Positions 1 through 13,354 of a stretch of DNA of 64,000 nt are shown here, piece after piece (position 1 is the stretch's first letter; every line of letters starts with the position of its first letter). The translations under genes and the position numbers were made by a program. The notes beneath the pieces were generated by a model. That model was not told the origin of the DNA, searched no databases, and saw only the letters and a list, made by a program, of their open reading frames with translations. Origin of the DNA: Tubiluchus corallicola (lineage: Eukaryota > Animalia > Priapulida); the NCBI GenBank assembly GCA_030141605.1, contig JAQGDQ010000126.1:434001-498000 (forward strand). Reading direction: 5' to 3'.

Positions 1-97
1 TCAATGTGAGAATAAATTTCTGCACCTGTTCACTGTTAAGCTTCAATGTTAAGGCTTGTGTTGTAATAATCATAATCGTTTGTTTTGTAGATTAACT

Positions 98-266
98 ATG
101 ATGCTCCTGAAATTTGTGCGTTCGACTCCTATCAGTAAAGTATTCATTCGGTCATACAGTGCTGCTACTGCTGCTACTACTACAGCAAAAGAGGTGTTTG
201 AAAGAGAGGATAAATATGGAGCTCATAATTATGCCCCTATTCCTGTTGCTCTATGTAAAGGCCAAG
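98..266 (+). CDS. OAT: OAT coding exon 1 (presequence to CKGQ-G)
   Basis: ATG 98; [19 protein letters not shown]; donor GT at 267, phase 1. Confidence 0.9.
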
Positions 267-3200
267 GTATAATATATTATCCCAGTGGTGTAATTAAACC
301 TTGTCTGTTAGCTAATTTTGATGACGACATCTCCTAGATCAAAAATTTTTATAATTTAGAAATTTTCAAATTAATTTTGTGTTGTCTTACAAAATTCTTC
401 CCTACTGACTAACTTTTACCATTTTTTTCTGCAGGTATCTTTGTTTGGGATGTTGAAGGCAAGAGGTATTATGACTTTCTAAGTGCATACAGTGCACTGA
501 ACCAAGGCCATTGTCACCCGAAAATAAAAAAAGCCTTAATAGACCAAGTACGTAATGCCAAATGCAGTACCAGTATTGCCTATTGTAAAGCTATTGTGAA
601 GCAAAAATCTGAAGAATTGACAATGTAGGATTCCTGCGATCTGTAATGTATGAACTGCATGCTCCATTTAAGTTTTTCCATCTGTCATTCAAACTAATGG
701 TTGCCATTAAATTACTGTTGGGGTTTGGTGTGCTGTGTGAAATGACTTATCTTCATTTTTAAACTTATAGTAACAAATGTCGAGTTTTTCCTAATTGGTA
801 GAGTGATTAGCTAGATATAGGTCATTAAGAGTTTTTATTAAATTTCGTTAGTATTTCATTTACACAAAAATGTATTTTTTTGTGCATGACATTGGTCTTT
901 TTTGAATTGCAAAGATCCATACTCTACAAGCACTTAACTTCGAGTACAGTAATAGCAGAATACAGAAATTTGTTCGATAGTGGTTCGTTCATTTTGTGTA
1001 GGTGGGTTATGTCTTCGCTGAAAACATGACATTCTTTTTATCCAATTGGGACTATTCCGTAGGCGCCGTTTTATTAAATTCACGGTTAATAGACTCAGTC
1101 GCTCAATTGACTCAAAAACACCTGAACGGGCCACTCCTATTCAAGCGCATATAAAAACTGTCCGTAATTGACTCAATAGTTTTCTTTCACGTACTCAAAA
1201 TGAGACACTTGAGCGTGCCCAAAGAATTTTTACTGCTTTTATGTTATCGTTACTTGAATTCTGTGCACTATAATGTACATAGAGCAGTCACGTTACGTAC
1301 AGCTTTGTTTATAAGCAGCTACAGTAGGTTTATCATATGTGCTAATTAGCTGGGTAGCGGTTTTGCTTTGAATCTGTCGCCCGCTTATCGGCTGCAATTA
1401 ACCTCGTTTTTCCTGCTTGCTCAACATTCATTTTGCTTTTAAAGCTCCTGCTGCTTTTCACAAGGTCAAGCTGCAGCTCAAGCACTAGGTGACTAGGCAT
1501 TTTGCATGAATATGTGCGACATACAGCAACAGATTTTCAATGTTTTTATCAATATGAGAATTTCATAAACCAACTTTTTCGTGAAGAAATAAAGCAACTA
1601 ACGTTGAATGAATTTTTGTAATTTTTAAGAACGCGTCCGCGAGAAGACCATGCAAAATCGAAAAATTCCGGCACAAGGCTAGGTAACCGATTCGGACCAA
1701 AGTTCGGGTATGAGGTCCGTTTGGTCCAACTCCTCATAGTAGCAGAGGTACGGCATAGGCCGATTTTCATGAAAAAATACCTATTTTTCTCTATTTTTTA
1801 CTCATATTTGAAGGCTTTAGCCATGCAGCAACCACTGAGTTTGAATAGATCTGACTCTGCACAGTATTGGATTTTGTTATCCTCTCCAAAATGACATTTC
1901 GACTTTTGTCCCAAACCCCCCTCTTTCGGCTCTACTGGGGGTCTTTAAGCTCGCATTACGCACAAGATGCAAATACTCAGTCATTTCAAAGTCTTATATC
2001 TCACCCACTGCGGGAGCGGGGACAAAAATATCGATATGTATGTGAATAGAGCATCCCATCCCACTATGCTGTAGTGACAATTTCGATGGAGCGAATTTCC
2101 ACCCTATTATAAATGACCTCTGAAAGAGCCATATATCAGGGTGAAAATATAGGTAACAACCTTCATCAAAAAGCTTCGTGTAGATAAACATGAGTTGTCA
2201 AATCTTGTCAAAATACTTCAAAACGTCATAAATATTCATCTTTGGCAACTAGGGGCCTGGTCAGCACATTGGTTAAACTACCGACAGGATTGGACTCCAG
2301 CATTCAAGATGGCGGCCACTGCTGAAATAAAATGTTCGTTTTCTGGGCTGTTTACCAGCGTTAAATGCTTTATTCTGACTAGTTATCCACACGAAACGAA
2401 TATTGTGAATCTATTAGCCTGTACCAAAGACACTGGACCGCATTTAGAGCGCTTCCATCTTCAAAAAAATGAAATATCTACGGAATGGAAATTGCTTCTT
2501 GCAAGGACTGGAAACAGTTTTATGTACTGTTTATTTTCTATGCTTTGTAAATGTTATGTACAGGTTATTACCTAGTTATTACTCATTGTCTTACATAGGC
2601 GTACAAGCCAGGACACAATTAATATTTTTTGTCAGAAGTATCAATTTGGTGCCACAAATAAATTTTGGGCGAAGAAAAATTTTCTGAGCTAAATATCACC
2701 GCCATCCCCCTAGAAGCGGCCCATGCGCTTATATTGTCTCATGTTTAGACTGTAAGATTTTCACTTTATCACTTTCCCCATGATATATTTGTCTATATTT
2801 TTGTGTATCTATCTTCTAGTGATAATTCTACCTGCATCGATAGTTCTTTCTCTATTATTTAGATTTTATGGTTTTGATTACATGTACTACTCTTCAGTGA
2901 TAGGATTACGCTGCTACGATAGGAAGAGTATTTTGGACTGAGTTTTGTAGTTTTTCATTTTTGTACTGATATTCATAATCTTCTATGTACAGCCATGAAG
3001 CTTATTCATATAAAAAGTGTAAAAAATGAACATATGTATAAAAATGAACGGATTTCTAATTTATATGTATATACCAAGTGTTGTCAGATTCTTTCGCTAG
3101 CTTGACTCTCAATTTTAACAATCGGTACTTCTTTTCTATTAGAGGGCTTATTGTTTAGTCTTTCCTGGTATCCGCTAGCGATTCAATGTGTAGAGAATGC

Positions 3201-6200
3201 CCTGAATCGGGGTCGGACTCGGTACTAGGGGCATGCATGATGTCCTGTCCTGAAATCCATCAGAAGAGGCAATTATTCATATTTGTAGTCATATGAAAAT
3301 TCCGACATAACTAAATCAATTTAAGATGAAATTCGCAAATTTCTAGCAATTTCCATGGCAAAGGAATCTATTGCTATTAGGAAATGAGAGCCCTACTCAC
3401 AGAAAATGCAGGTTAAACGTGGCTAAATGTCTACTGTCATATACGACCTGAGCCAAGTATGTCTGCTTTTTACACATGGACGGAATTACTATGGAAAGTA
3501 AAAAAGTGTGTTGATATGGCAATTTTTTCTAACAGTGCCCCCTCTATATAATGTCATTCATGATATTATCTCAGCTCGTGCGTTTTCATGAAATTTAGAA
3601 TACAGATTTGTCACTTATAATCCAGCATATAGATAGAAAAAATATTGAAAAACTACAAAAAAAGCGAATTTTGCTGATTTTTGTGAAATTTTAAAGTGCC
3701 AGTACTAAATACTGAAACAGGCTCCAGCGAATTTTCTTTTTTATATTATTAGTTAGGATGATGGTTAACACATACATGAAAACCAGAATTTGTGTAGTCC
3801 CGCAGTGGGCGAGTTATGAGCCTTACAACTTAACCTCTCCCGGGACTCTTAACAAAGAGCCGAATTTGAAAAATCCCGTTCTCTGATACTATTAATAGTA
3901 TGTCAGAAAAAGTTAGGATATCAGAAGACAATGTCTGGGTCTGTGTACCAGCCAACTTACATCGACCCATCTATAATAGTTTATACAGGAGAAAAAGTTA
4001 AAATAACCCCCCAAAATAGCGATTTTTTGCCTCTTTCGGGGTCAATTTTTTGATGTGGTCATTTCTCTGCCAATAGTAGCTCGATCGATTTGATATCTTG
4101 GTTACATGGTTTTGGGGGGTCGCCCTTCATGTTAGAAAAAAATGATATAAATTCGTCACCCCTCATGTGCCACCCCCTGCATGGTGCTCTCGCGGACTCG
4201 TTCTTAATGGTAATAATCAGATTTTTACAATTTTTACTTTTTTTATTAATTCACTTATATAAATTATGCTTCTTAAATAATTGCACATAGGTATTTCTGA
4301 AATTAATTCGTTTCAAAAAATTAATTTAAAGGCTTTGCATTGCACAATAACATGATGAGTGATGTTAGTACTCATACTTGTATAGTAGTAATATACTAAA
4401 CCTGTGGGTTAATTGACTCAGTCGGTTAATTGGGTCAAAACGCTTCCGTCGCAAAGTGAGTCCATTAAGCGGCGCCTACTGTAATAAAATTACTTAAATA
4501 ACTTCCGAATGGCCGTTTAAAAAAGTATTTATGAAACGAACTTATGGATTTTTGGAATGAATCGACAGTTACTGAATTCTTGAAACCCGAGCATGATTAA
4601 AAAGGAAGAAAATCGAAAATCTTGGATTTCAACCACAGACAATTGGATCGCAAGAAGTTGTATTGTTTAGGGATCTTAGTGCTGGGTATGTTACCTAGAT
4701 GCCCTAGTTAGTGATCTTAATGTTGATCTTATCTAGAAGTCCTATATTACATATCAACCTTTTCACATTTTTCCATGGTGAAATTATAAAAAAATTATAT
4801 TATTAACCTTATAATTAATGTGATGCCTCATATTTTATTTTTCTGGTTAGGCTGATGTATTAGCACTTGCATCTAGGGCTTTTTATACAAGTGTTCTTGG
4901 TGAATATGAGAAATTTATGAACAACTTGTTTGGCTATGATAAGATTTTACCCATGAACACAGGTAAGCAGTTGCATATTATGCACTTTTAAAAATTAATG
5001 TTGAATTACACACAGAAATGCTGCTGCATAGTAGCGATAGCTGGATTTCTCTTGCCATTCCTGACTATTACAGTAAGATATTCCACTAAGAATGCACTAT
5101 AATCAAGGCCTCAATGTTTGTTTTTATAATTGACATATAACGACAGCTCGATGAACAAACAGCTTGTTGCATGCAAGCCTGCAGATGATTGGTGCTGAGG
5201 TGACCGGCTTATCTTGCAAGAGAACCGTGTAGTAAAGGCTATCTGCACCTGTGCAAACCCATAAAAATTTTTAATATAATTATTTTGAACTCTGCAATGC
5301 TGTTTTGTTTCAATACATTGTATAGCGCTCTCATTGCTATCAGAGCAAGCACAGTAATTTTTCTTACATGGAAGTGAAAGTTATTTAACATGCAGAGCAA
5401 TTGGCTATTATGTAAAAGTATTTGGATGTACAGCCAACCTCGGATATAAAAGGGGACACCTCGAGACCAGATAAAACCGTCCCTTATATCCGATATCCCT
5501 TATAGCCGAAGTTGAACGGTATGTAGGAAGCTCCTTCAATGATGACTGCAGATACCGAGCTGTTCGAAGGCCAAGTTTGCAAAAAAATAAAAATCGATCA
5601 ATTTTGCTTTGATCATAGGATCCCTTATATGCAAGGTAATTTATCTGGGTTTCTATTATGCGGGACCTGAAGATATCGTCCCTTATATCCGAGTGCCTTA
5701 TATACGAAGATTTTTATATAGGAAAAACGCTATGGAAAATCGGGACCGGTGTTGGTGGTCCCTTATAAGCGAGTACCTTATGCCCGAGGTTGACTGTAAT
5801 ACTAATGATCATTTTACACAAATAAATAGGTTTTACTTCAAGTTCCTAAGCAAAGATGATAAAGAAATAGGTCTTCCTATTTAGCGGAAAAGTTACAGGT
5901 ACATTTAATTTGTAATTTGCTGGATATCTGTATAATTCACTGCAACTGATTTTATATGTCTAACCTCATTTGTGTTGTTTGAATTTGCCCTATGTAGGAG
6001 TGGAAGCTGGTGAAACAGCATGCAAACTGGCCAGAAAGTGGGCTTATGAAGTGAAGAAAGTACCAAGCAACAAAGCCAAGATTATCTTTGCAGAGAATAA
6101 TTTCTGGGGTCGTACATTGGCTGCAATATCTATATCTAGTGATCAACAAAGCTATGAGAATTTTGGCCCTTTTATGCCTGGCTTTGAACTAATTCCATAT

Positions 6201-9200
6201 AATGACCTGAAAGCGCTTAACGTATGTACACAGCACTTTGTTGATAATTTGTGTGTCATGCAGTGTCAAATATTTTCTGTATGATGACTATACTGACTGA
6301 GGTAATTTACGGATTAAATATGGCTGCTTCTGCTGTTGCTTATGTTCCATGGCTGTCGGTCAGCTATGATGCAGTATTAGTTCTAGTTCCACCACAGTGA
6401 CACTGAAATTATAGATTTTCATTTTATTCGTAACTTTTGTTTTGTCTTAGTTTTTAATTTTCTAATTGGTACACTCAAATGGAAGTTGTTCCTATAGCAA
6501 CAAATTTCGGGAAAACTTATATAACTTTTCTGATATAATATAATGATATCCCATGGTTAAAGTCATTATCAAATCCTTATCTAGATGCTGCATATCTCTA
6601 TTATCAATTCTGCTAAGGATATTGAAATAGTAATGTTGAAATTTCTTTGAATATGTGCTGATCATTTTTGATTATTCATCCCCATCCAGTTAACCATCTG
6701 AAATTAGAAGCTGTCACATGATTCAACTATTGTCGGGATACCAGAGTTTTGTTTATGATTTGGTTTTCTCTTCAGGATGCAGTTCAGGATCCCAATGTGT
6801 GTGCCTTTATGGTGGAACCATTGCAAGGTGAAGCCGGAGTGATTGTGCCAGATCCAGGCTACTTGCGTGGCGTGCGTCAAATATGTACGCAGAACAATGT
6901 CCTTTTCATAGCTGATGAAATTCAAACAGGATTAGGTAGAACGGGCAAGTAAGTAACCTCCAGCTTAGACATGCAGTTATTACAGTATGCTGTTATTGTT
7001 AATATACTTGTATGGTAAAGCGAAAGTCTGAGTGATCAGAAGGCATGTTCTGCTTCAATGTTAAGCAACACTGGTTATTCATAGCCTTATCATTTTTAAT
7101 CTTTCCCCTTTTTTATTTACTGAACTACATTTTTCATAATTTCCCATCTAACATTTCTTTTTTTATGAAGTGTGTTAGATACCTTTGTTTTACGCTATAC
7201 TTTGTTACTTATGTAAGTTCTATATTACAAAAAAATAATCTCTCATTCTTCTACATCCTCATCTTATGTAGTATTTCGTCTTGCCATAAATTTTGTTTTG
7301 TTCCCACCTTTTTGTATTTCTTTTATTTTCTGCAAGTTATTTCTTAGTAAAGTTGATTTTCTGATTTAAACTGCAGTATTGCATTTCTACAATGGTAATT
7401 TTACTGTCATTTTTCTAATTTCTAATTTTGTTAAGGATCAGTTATTAAATTTTGAATTTCTATTTACTGCAGCCTTTGGTTTTTCTACTTTGTTTTCTTT
7501 CTGGAATAAGCAAATACACTAAAACACTAACATTTTTTGGTTTCTCATTTGCAACGTAATCCTATAAACATATTTTCTTTGTCGTGAAGCCAATATCATT
7601 CTTGTTCTCGTTCTTGCTGTTTATGTAAGAAGTTTTTAGGCACTTTTTCTATCGTGGCATCACAAAGAGTAACTTCATACTCTAAATTTTACAATAAAAC
7701 ATCACTCTACATAATGTATTTGTAAAATGGATCTACGGCATTGCTAAACCGGTGTTTTAAATGCTCCAGGCTGTTAGGCAGAAAAACTCAATAAACAAAT
7801 AACCCCAGTGCTTCGCATTCCAGACTAATTGTTCAACAAATCATGTCCTATGAGCAACAAAAAAGTTTTTTGATATAAACAGTATTATATTTAACTGATT
7901 TTATTATAAATACAAGTTGCCAAATGGCCAAGTGCCAAGGTAATGAAATCAGTTTGTTACTATTCTATGAGGTCTGTATAAATTATACTGAGTATTAAAG
8001 TTTGCGAGTAATACGTAATGTTTGTTCATTCCTAGTTCATTAAGTGTGCTAAAAATCAAGTTTAGATTTGACTTTTTGTGAGTGATCTGCTTCTTTTTAT
8101 GAATTGATTACCTGTTTTTTAGGATGCTTTGTGTTGATCATGAAAATGTAAGGCCTGATATAGTACTGCTTGGAAAAGCTTTATCTGGTGGCTACTACCC
8201 CGTAAGATTTAGTAATTTTCTCATTTTGTGTATTTATAAATCATGTTAAATGCTCCAGTGATGTGAGGTGAGGTGAATGGCATCTTTGCTACCGAACCTT
8301 AGGTGGTGTCAAACCTGATCATTTGAGTGGACTGGGAAACGCTTCGATTTTTGCTCTGAGCAGTTTCATTCGCAGCCCTGATTTGAGCTCTTTACCTCGA
8401 ACATTGAGGTTGTACTGGTTCAGTGCCTTAAATTACAGGCAAAGCATTGGTAATGAAGTTAGGTTCTCACTACCATCTAATTTGAGAAAGTCCTGCCACT
8501 GAATGATAGATTATGGTTTCTTGCAGGACTCTGAATTGTAAAAAAGTGAACTATCTATGTGACTGTGTCATTTTTTATTCAAATCAATATAAAAATGTTT
8601 TGTAATTCAGTTTAAATTGCAAAACTTGTGAGAGTAAAAGATAAAATTGATGGAATTGTAAAAATAAAATTTCATTCAAATTAGTCACATTATGTATACA
8701 AAGTTTGCCATAATACTGACGGAAAGCACGAGAAAGCTTTACCCAATTGATGATTCATTTAGGTGTCAGCAGTATTAACCGATGATGAGGTTATGTTGAC
8801 CATAAGACCAGGGCAGCATGGGTCAACATATGGAGGAAATCCCTTAGGATGCAAGGTTGCTATGGCAGCTCTACAGGTAAGGCAGTACAGAGGCACTCAC
8901 CCCAGCAAGCGTGATAAGTAAAAACCAGTTCTCATATTTTTGATATTTTATTGCTATTATAAAAACCTGTAGCCACTTGACTATTGTTGTTATTTCCCAC
9001 TTATAGAGTTCAGTTTTTAAAACAGAAGTAAATGGCTTATCATAAGCAAATGTTGATGCGTTGTACTTACTGATTATTTCTACTTTACGCAAACAGCTTC
9101 ATGCTTTTTAAGTTTTCTCATGTGTGCTATAATAGAGTCATTTATGACAGCCGAGTCTGTAATTTCTCTCTTGTGCATGAAAAACAGAGTGCTGCATAAT

Positions 9201-11291
9201 GTATATTGAAGCGATGGAAATTCATTTAAAACCACATAATGTGATTTACTGCGCATTTTATTTTTTTCGACTAAAATTAACAGCAAGTCTAATTTCTAGA
9301 TTCTAGGCTGCAGAGAATCGTGTATTTGTAAATACTTTCTTTAGTCAGCAAACGAAGAGGAAAGAGAGTGTCTGGGGCAGATTATGGATAAAAACCCAAC
9401 TGCGTTTCTATATGTGTTGTATATACTGATAACTCATATACAGATTAGCAGCCTCTTACCCTATAATTGAATTATCTTAAAAGTTCATTAGTCTGTACAA
9501 AAATATGTTATCTATGACTAATTGTTTATTGAACATGAACGAAGATGGGTTTGTTTTCTGTTATTTTAGTGTTTACAAGAAGAAAAAATGGTAGAAAATG
9601 CAGCTACTTTAGGTGAACTAATGATGGATGAACTTAAGAAGCTACCTTCTGATGTAGTGAAACTAGTTCGTGGAAAGGGTTTATTCTGTGCTGTTGTTAT
9701 ACATCCAAGTATGTTGGCCTTAATTTTAAATACTTATGAATTACAAGTGTTTTAATTTTTCAGTTCTACTGGAAGTTTAAGCACTAGGATGAATGATATT
9801 AGAAATGTAGCAGCTATAGCCTGTTCTGCTTGAATGATTCATGTCAATTAATTAGACAGTCTAAAACAGAGTGTTTCCTTGTCACAGTTTATTATTTGTT
9901 TCATTGTTAGAAAAGTGATTACATAGCTAAGATTATGCAGATATGCTGCAGGCTGTTCTGCTAGAATGGTTTTACATTTCTCAGTCTGATAACCAAAGGG
10001 GTTTCTTATCAAGTTCATCACATGTTCCATTGTCAGAGAATTGATTATGTAACCTTGCTACTATATATTAGTTGACAAGTAAAAACAAAAACAAACAAGA
10101 TTTTTCTCCCTTTGCATTTCTGTTGGCATGCTGCAGTTTTGGCTTAGTAGTAGGGACCTTTATAATGATTTTGTAATATTTGTTGTGCATCGCTAAATTT
10201 TGCATATACTTAAATTTTTATAAACCTTTTAAAAAAATTTTATAAACTTTGTGAAATAAGCAAAAAATTATTATGTAAATTTCACTGTTAAAATGGGAAA
10301 ATTTAGGGTCATGAAAAAATTGTGAACCAGGCCAAGCAAAAACCTACATTACAAATGAGTCTCAGACTAGGTTTATGGTTTGTTTTTATTGTTACAAAAT
10401 TTTCACATTGACATGAATCAGTAGTACAGCAGCAAGTGTACACATTTAACATTTCACATTTAAAATAATATGAAGTGTAGCTACTGGTTTGCTGGATGGT
10501 TCTTTTGTATACAAAAAGTGTTCCAAACTCAGTTTCACATTTCAGAACATATATGTATATGTCATGCAAGTGTGAACAAATTGTCTGGATTGCGAAGCAT
10601 GTTTTTAACAACGAATATCGTTAGCATGAGCAATCTTGTCTATGCACTCATCTGTGGCAGTTAGTTACTCTATAAGATGGTGCTTAAGGTTCGGTTCTGA
10701 TGGCAAGGCTGCATGATGCCTCAGCATAATACAACACATACAATATAGTGACTGAGATCCCATTGTTACTTCCATATCTAATGCTAGGAAGGCTGTTATG
10801 CCTCAATCCCTGGCATTGGATGGAGAATTAAAGAATGGGGCCTCAGGCAGTGCCTTATAAACTTATATACATAAACAAAACAACATGAGCATGTTCATCA
10901 GGTTGGCATTTATGCCACGTTTCAGTCACCATTAAAACCAAGTTTGCAGGACAAGTATCAGTTTTTGCTTATGTTTTTGTTTTTCTCAGTTTTTTCTTTT
11001 TTATTGAGACATTGTTCTCTTGGTTGGGAACAGTTGCAGTACCATCGTACTAATGTGCCCCTCATCACGACTTTGATTCTGATGTTTTGACTTACCAAGG
11101 TTGCCTAACAGATGTCTGTTATTTCAGAATTTGATGCTTGGGAGGTTTGTCTGCGATTACGTGACAACGGTTTACTAGCCAAACCCACACACGGAGACAA
11201 AATACGTCTCGCTCCTCCACTAATTATAACAGAAGAACAACTTATGGAATGTTTGGATATCATTAAGAAAACAATTACATCTTTTACCTAA
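98..11291 (+). CDS. OAT: Ornithine aminotransferase, mitochondrial (class III PLP-dependent); 9 coding exons join(98..266,435..547,4851..4962,5998..6221,6776..6948,8123..8201,8763..8876,9570..9708,11128..11291), 1287 nt, 428 aa
   Basis: All introns are GT-AG with consistent phases and the frame stays open to TAA 11289-11291. OAT motifs present: [74 protein letters not shown] (PLP lysine codon 8175-8177), [24 protein letters not shown]. The N-terminus is R/K/S-rich with an RSY|S motif like a mitochondrial presequence. The acceptor-like tttgttttgtag (79-90) suggests an upstream non-coding exon outside the window. Confidence 0.96.
435..547 (+). CDS. OAT: OAT coding exon 2
   Basis: Acceptor ttttttctgcag; [37 protein letters not shown]; donor gtacgt. 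Confidence 0.93.
1057..4481. mobile_element. Non-autonomous pogo/Tigger-like (Tc1/mariner superfamily) element in OAT intron 2, interrupted by a nested insertion
   Basis: Left end (tt)ccgtaggcgccgttttattaaattcac matches the reverse complement of the right end (ta)cagtaggcgccgcttaatggactcac; TA follows the right end. A subterminal block ggttaatagactcagtcgctcaattgactcaaaa (1084-1117) is repeated directly at 4407-4440. Confidence 0.65.
1629..4203. mobile_element. TTAA-flanked TIR DNA transposon, about 2.6 kb, non-autonomous (GA...TC termini; Kolobok- or Sola3-like rather than piggyBac)
   Basis: TTAA at 1625-1628 and 4204-4207. Left ttaagaacgcgtccgcgagaagaccatgca versus right reverse complement ttaagaacgagtccgcgagagcaccatgca (27/30 identical). 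Confidence 0.75.
4851..4962 (+). CDS. OAT: OAT coding exon 3
   Basis: [38 protein letters not shown]; ag/gtaag borders. Confidence 0.93.
5431..5796. mobile_element. Tigger/pogo-like MITE (366 bp) in OAT intron 3
   Basis: TA|cagccaacctcggatataa at the left and ttatgcccgaggttgactg|TA at the right form TIRs with a TA target duplication; internal repeats of cccttatatccga. Confidence 0.8.
5998..6221 (+). CDS. OAT: OAT coding exon 4
   Basis: [16 protein letters not shown]...[11 protein letters not shown]...[10 protein letters not shown]; tag/gtatgt borders. Confidence 0.93.
6776..6948 (+). CDS. OAT: OAT coding exon 5
   Basis: [21 protein letters not shown]...[15 protein letters not shown]; cag/gtaagt borders. 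Confidence 0.93.
8123..8201 (+). CDS. OAT: OAT coding exon 6 (PLP-binding lysine)
   Basis: [26 protein letters not shown]; tag/gtaag borders. Confidence 0.93.
8763..8876 (+). CDS. OAT: OAT coding exon 7
   Basis: [38 protein letters not shown]; tag/gtaag borders. Confidence 0.93.
9570..9708 (+). CDS. OAT: OAT coding exon 8
   Basis: [15 protein letters not shown]...[17 protein letters not shown]; tag/gtatgt borders. Confidence 0.92.
11128..11291 (+). CDS. OAT: OAT coding exon 9 (C-terminus)
   Basis: [53 protein letters not shown]-stop. Confidence 0.93.
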
Positions 11292-13206
11292 TGTGTGGCA
11301 AACACAGTAATAAACAATTGGTATTGTGAACAGACACAATCAAGGATTACAGCAGATGTGTGTGATAACATCTGTTTTACAATTAAGTGCACAAGCTTGA
11401 TATCTAAAAATTTATAGGCTGGGTGGCAATTAGTTATTTGTAAGATATAGTCAGAATGTACTTTTGTAGGGTCACCATTTAATTGTATCTTTTCAACTGA
11501 TTTTCAGTTTTTGACATAATTAATGACCATGCCCGTGATATGGGGACTTCCACTTAAATAGCATTTCAATTTTTTCATTATTTACAGTTTTAAATGAATA
11601 GTGTACTAAAAACATTAGACTGTAGGAAACTTGGCCAATGAGAAAGAGTGTAACACACAGTGAGTCATTGAGAGTAACACAGGAACTGGAGGTTATCCAT
11701 TGCCCTAGCCATGCTGTGGTTTTAATTCTTTTGTACAAACTGATTTGTTTTTACATGGTATGAGAATTAATGTTGGATTTCTTACTGTTACATACTTATA
11801 CATGCATACACATGTGGATTTGTATACATACAGCAGATATACTTATTTTGGAGTGCACTAAGCATCCTGTGCTAAGGTACTTGAAATTACTTAAGTACTA
11901 GTGAGCTAGGATATTTTTGAAACCATAGTGGGTTAATCTGTTTTGCTTCTGACGATCATGAGGACTTCTCATCTTCGATCCTCCTCACTTCATTGTTGCT
12001 TTGGCAGAGACGTTACAGTCCTGAAAATTTACGAATTACTTCTAGTACATTTATATTGAGAACTACTACCTACCTCGGGGCTAAAAGAAACTGCACATAA
12101 TCACATAAGAAAACATGTGATTTAGAGGCCTAAATTTAGAGGTTTATCTCACACCTACCTGCTTTCCAGCTATTTGGCTTACTTGCCTCTAATTAATGTA
12201 TAGATGGTGATTGTGCATGATTCTTTTGCATTACATGTATCATTTAAGACTGGTTTTTGTATGTGGAGTAAAAATAGTCTTTCTAGTGTTATTTAGCATG
12301 TGGCTGTATGTACGTGTACTTGTATAAGCTAGTGACACAACAGCCAAATTTCTTGCAATTCAGTGATGCCGTAAAGTAATATACTATGTCGTTGCACATG
12401 TATTTTTATAAATTTTAATTATCAAACTATCTGACTATGCCACATATCAGTTTTGTTATTTTTAATTTTTTGTCATTCACTGTAAAAGTATGTATTAAAA
12501 AGGAGCACAATTGTTTAATACAGCTACAACTTTGTAATTATTTTAAAAATGACAGTGATAGTATATAATTATGTATATATGCATGCTTGTATGGTTTGTG
12601 CATAACATATTTTACAAAAAATGCTGTATCCATGGTGTTTCCGAAGTGCTTGCTGGACCATACAGCATATTTATAGAGCTATTCCCTATTTCGACTTTAC
12701 TAGATTTGAAACTGTTTCAACCCATTGCGTGTGTATGCAATGAAAGCAGTTCACATACATATATTTGATGTCAACCACCGAGGAGGATAGCGTCTCTTGC
12801 CATTCACAAATAAATGTGAACAGGTCCTGCAAGCACTTGCCTTATTTTGACTAATAAACTATGCTGACTGCTTGTTGTATACAAAACAAACAAAGATCGA
12901 TAAAATAATATCTATAGAGCAGTACAAATGTGTTTAATTTAGAAGTAAATGATTAAGTATGATTCAGCTAATTATTTTCTGTATCACATCAGTGATTATT
13001 TTATTAATTAGTGCATTGATTATTGTTTTTATGTTATTTGTGTAAGGATGGCTTGTGATTTAGTTTTGTGGTATGAGATTGGGCATGTTTTACTAACTTG
13101 TCTGACTTGTCCCTTACTTGTAATACTGGGTAATGGGTAATTCATAATCTTTAACTGATGGTTGTTGACTGAGTACCTTATTATGTTACTGTGTTTTGTT
13201 TCATAT

Positions 13207-13212
13207 AATAAA
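13207..13212 (+). terminator. Candidate distal OAT polyadenylation signal (other AATAAA at 11309, 12809, 12853)
   Basis: AATAAA followed by U/GU-rich sequence; which site is used cannot be read from sequence. Confidence 0.3.
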
Positions 13213-13354
13213 AATTTATTATTTTCCTATTAGCGCAATGTAATTGAAATAATAATTTTTTCTACTGATTTATTTCTGCTTTGAAAAATGTATTGTTTAA
13301 TGTTTAGTTGTTATTGTCTTTGTGGCATTTTTGACACGAATACTATCACAGAAA

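Noticed and set aside
98-11291. Bacterial rocD or horizontally transferred aminotransferase
   Set aside because: Eight spliceosomal introns and a mitochondrial presequence indicate a native animal OAT.
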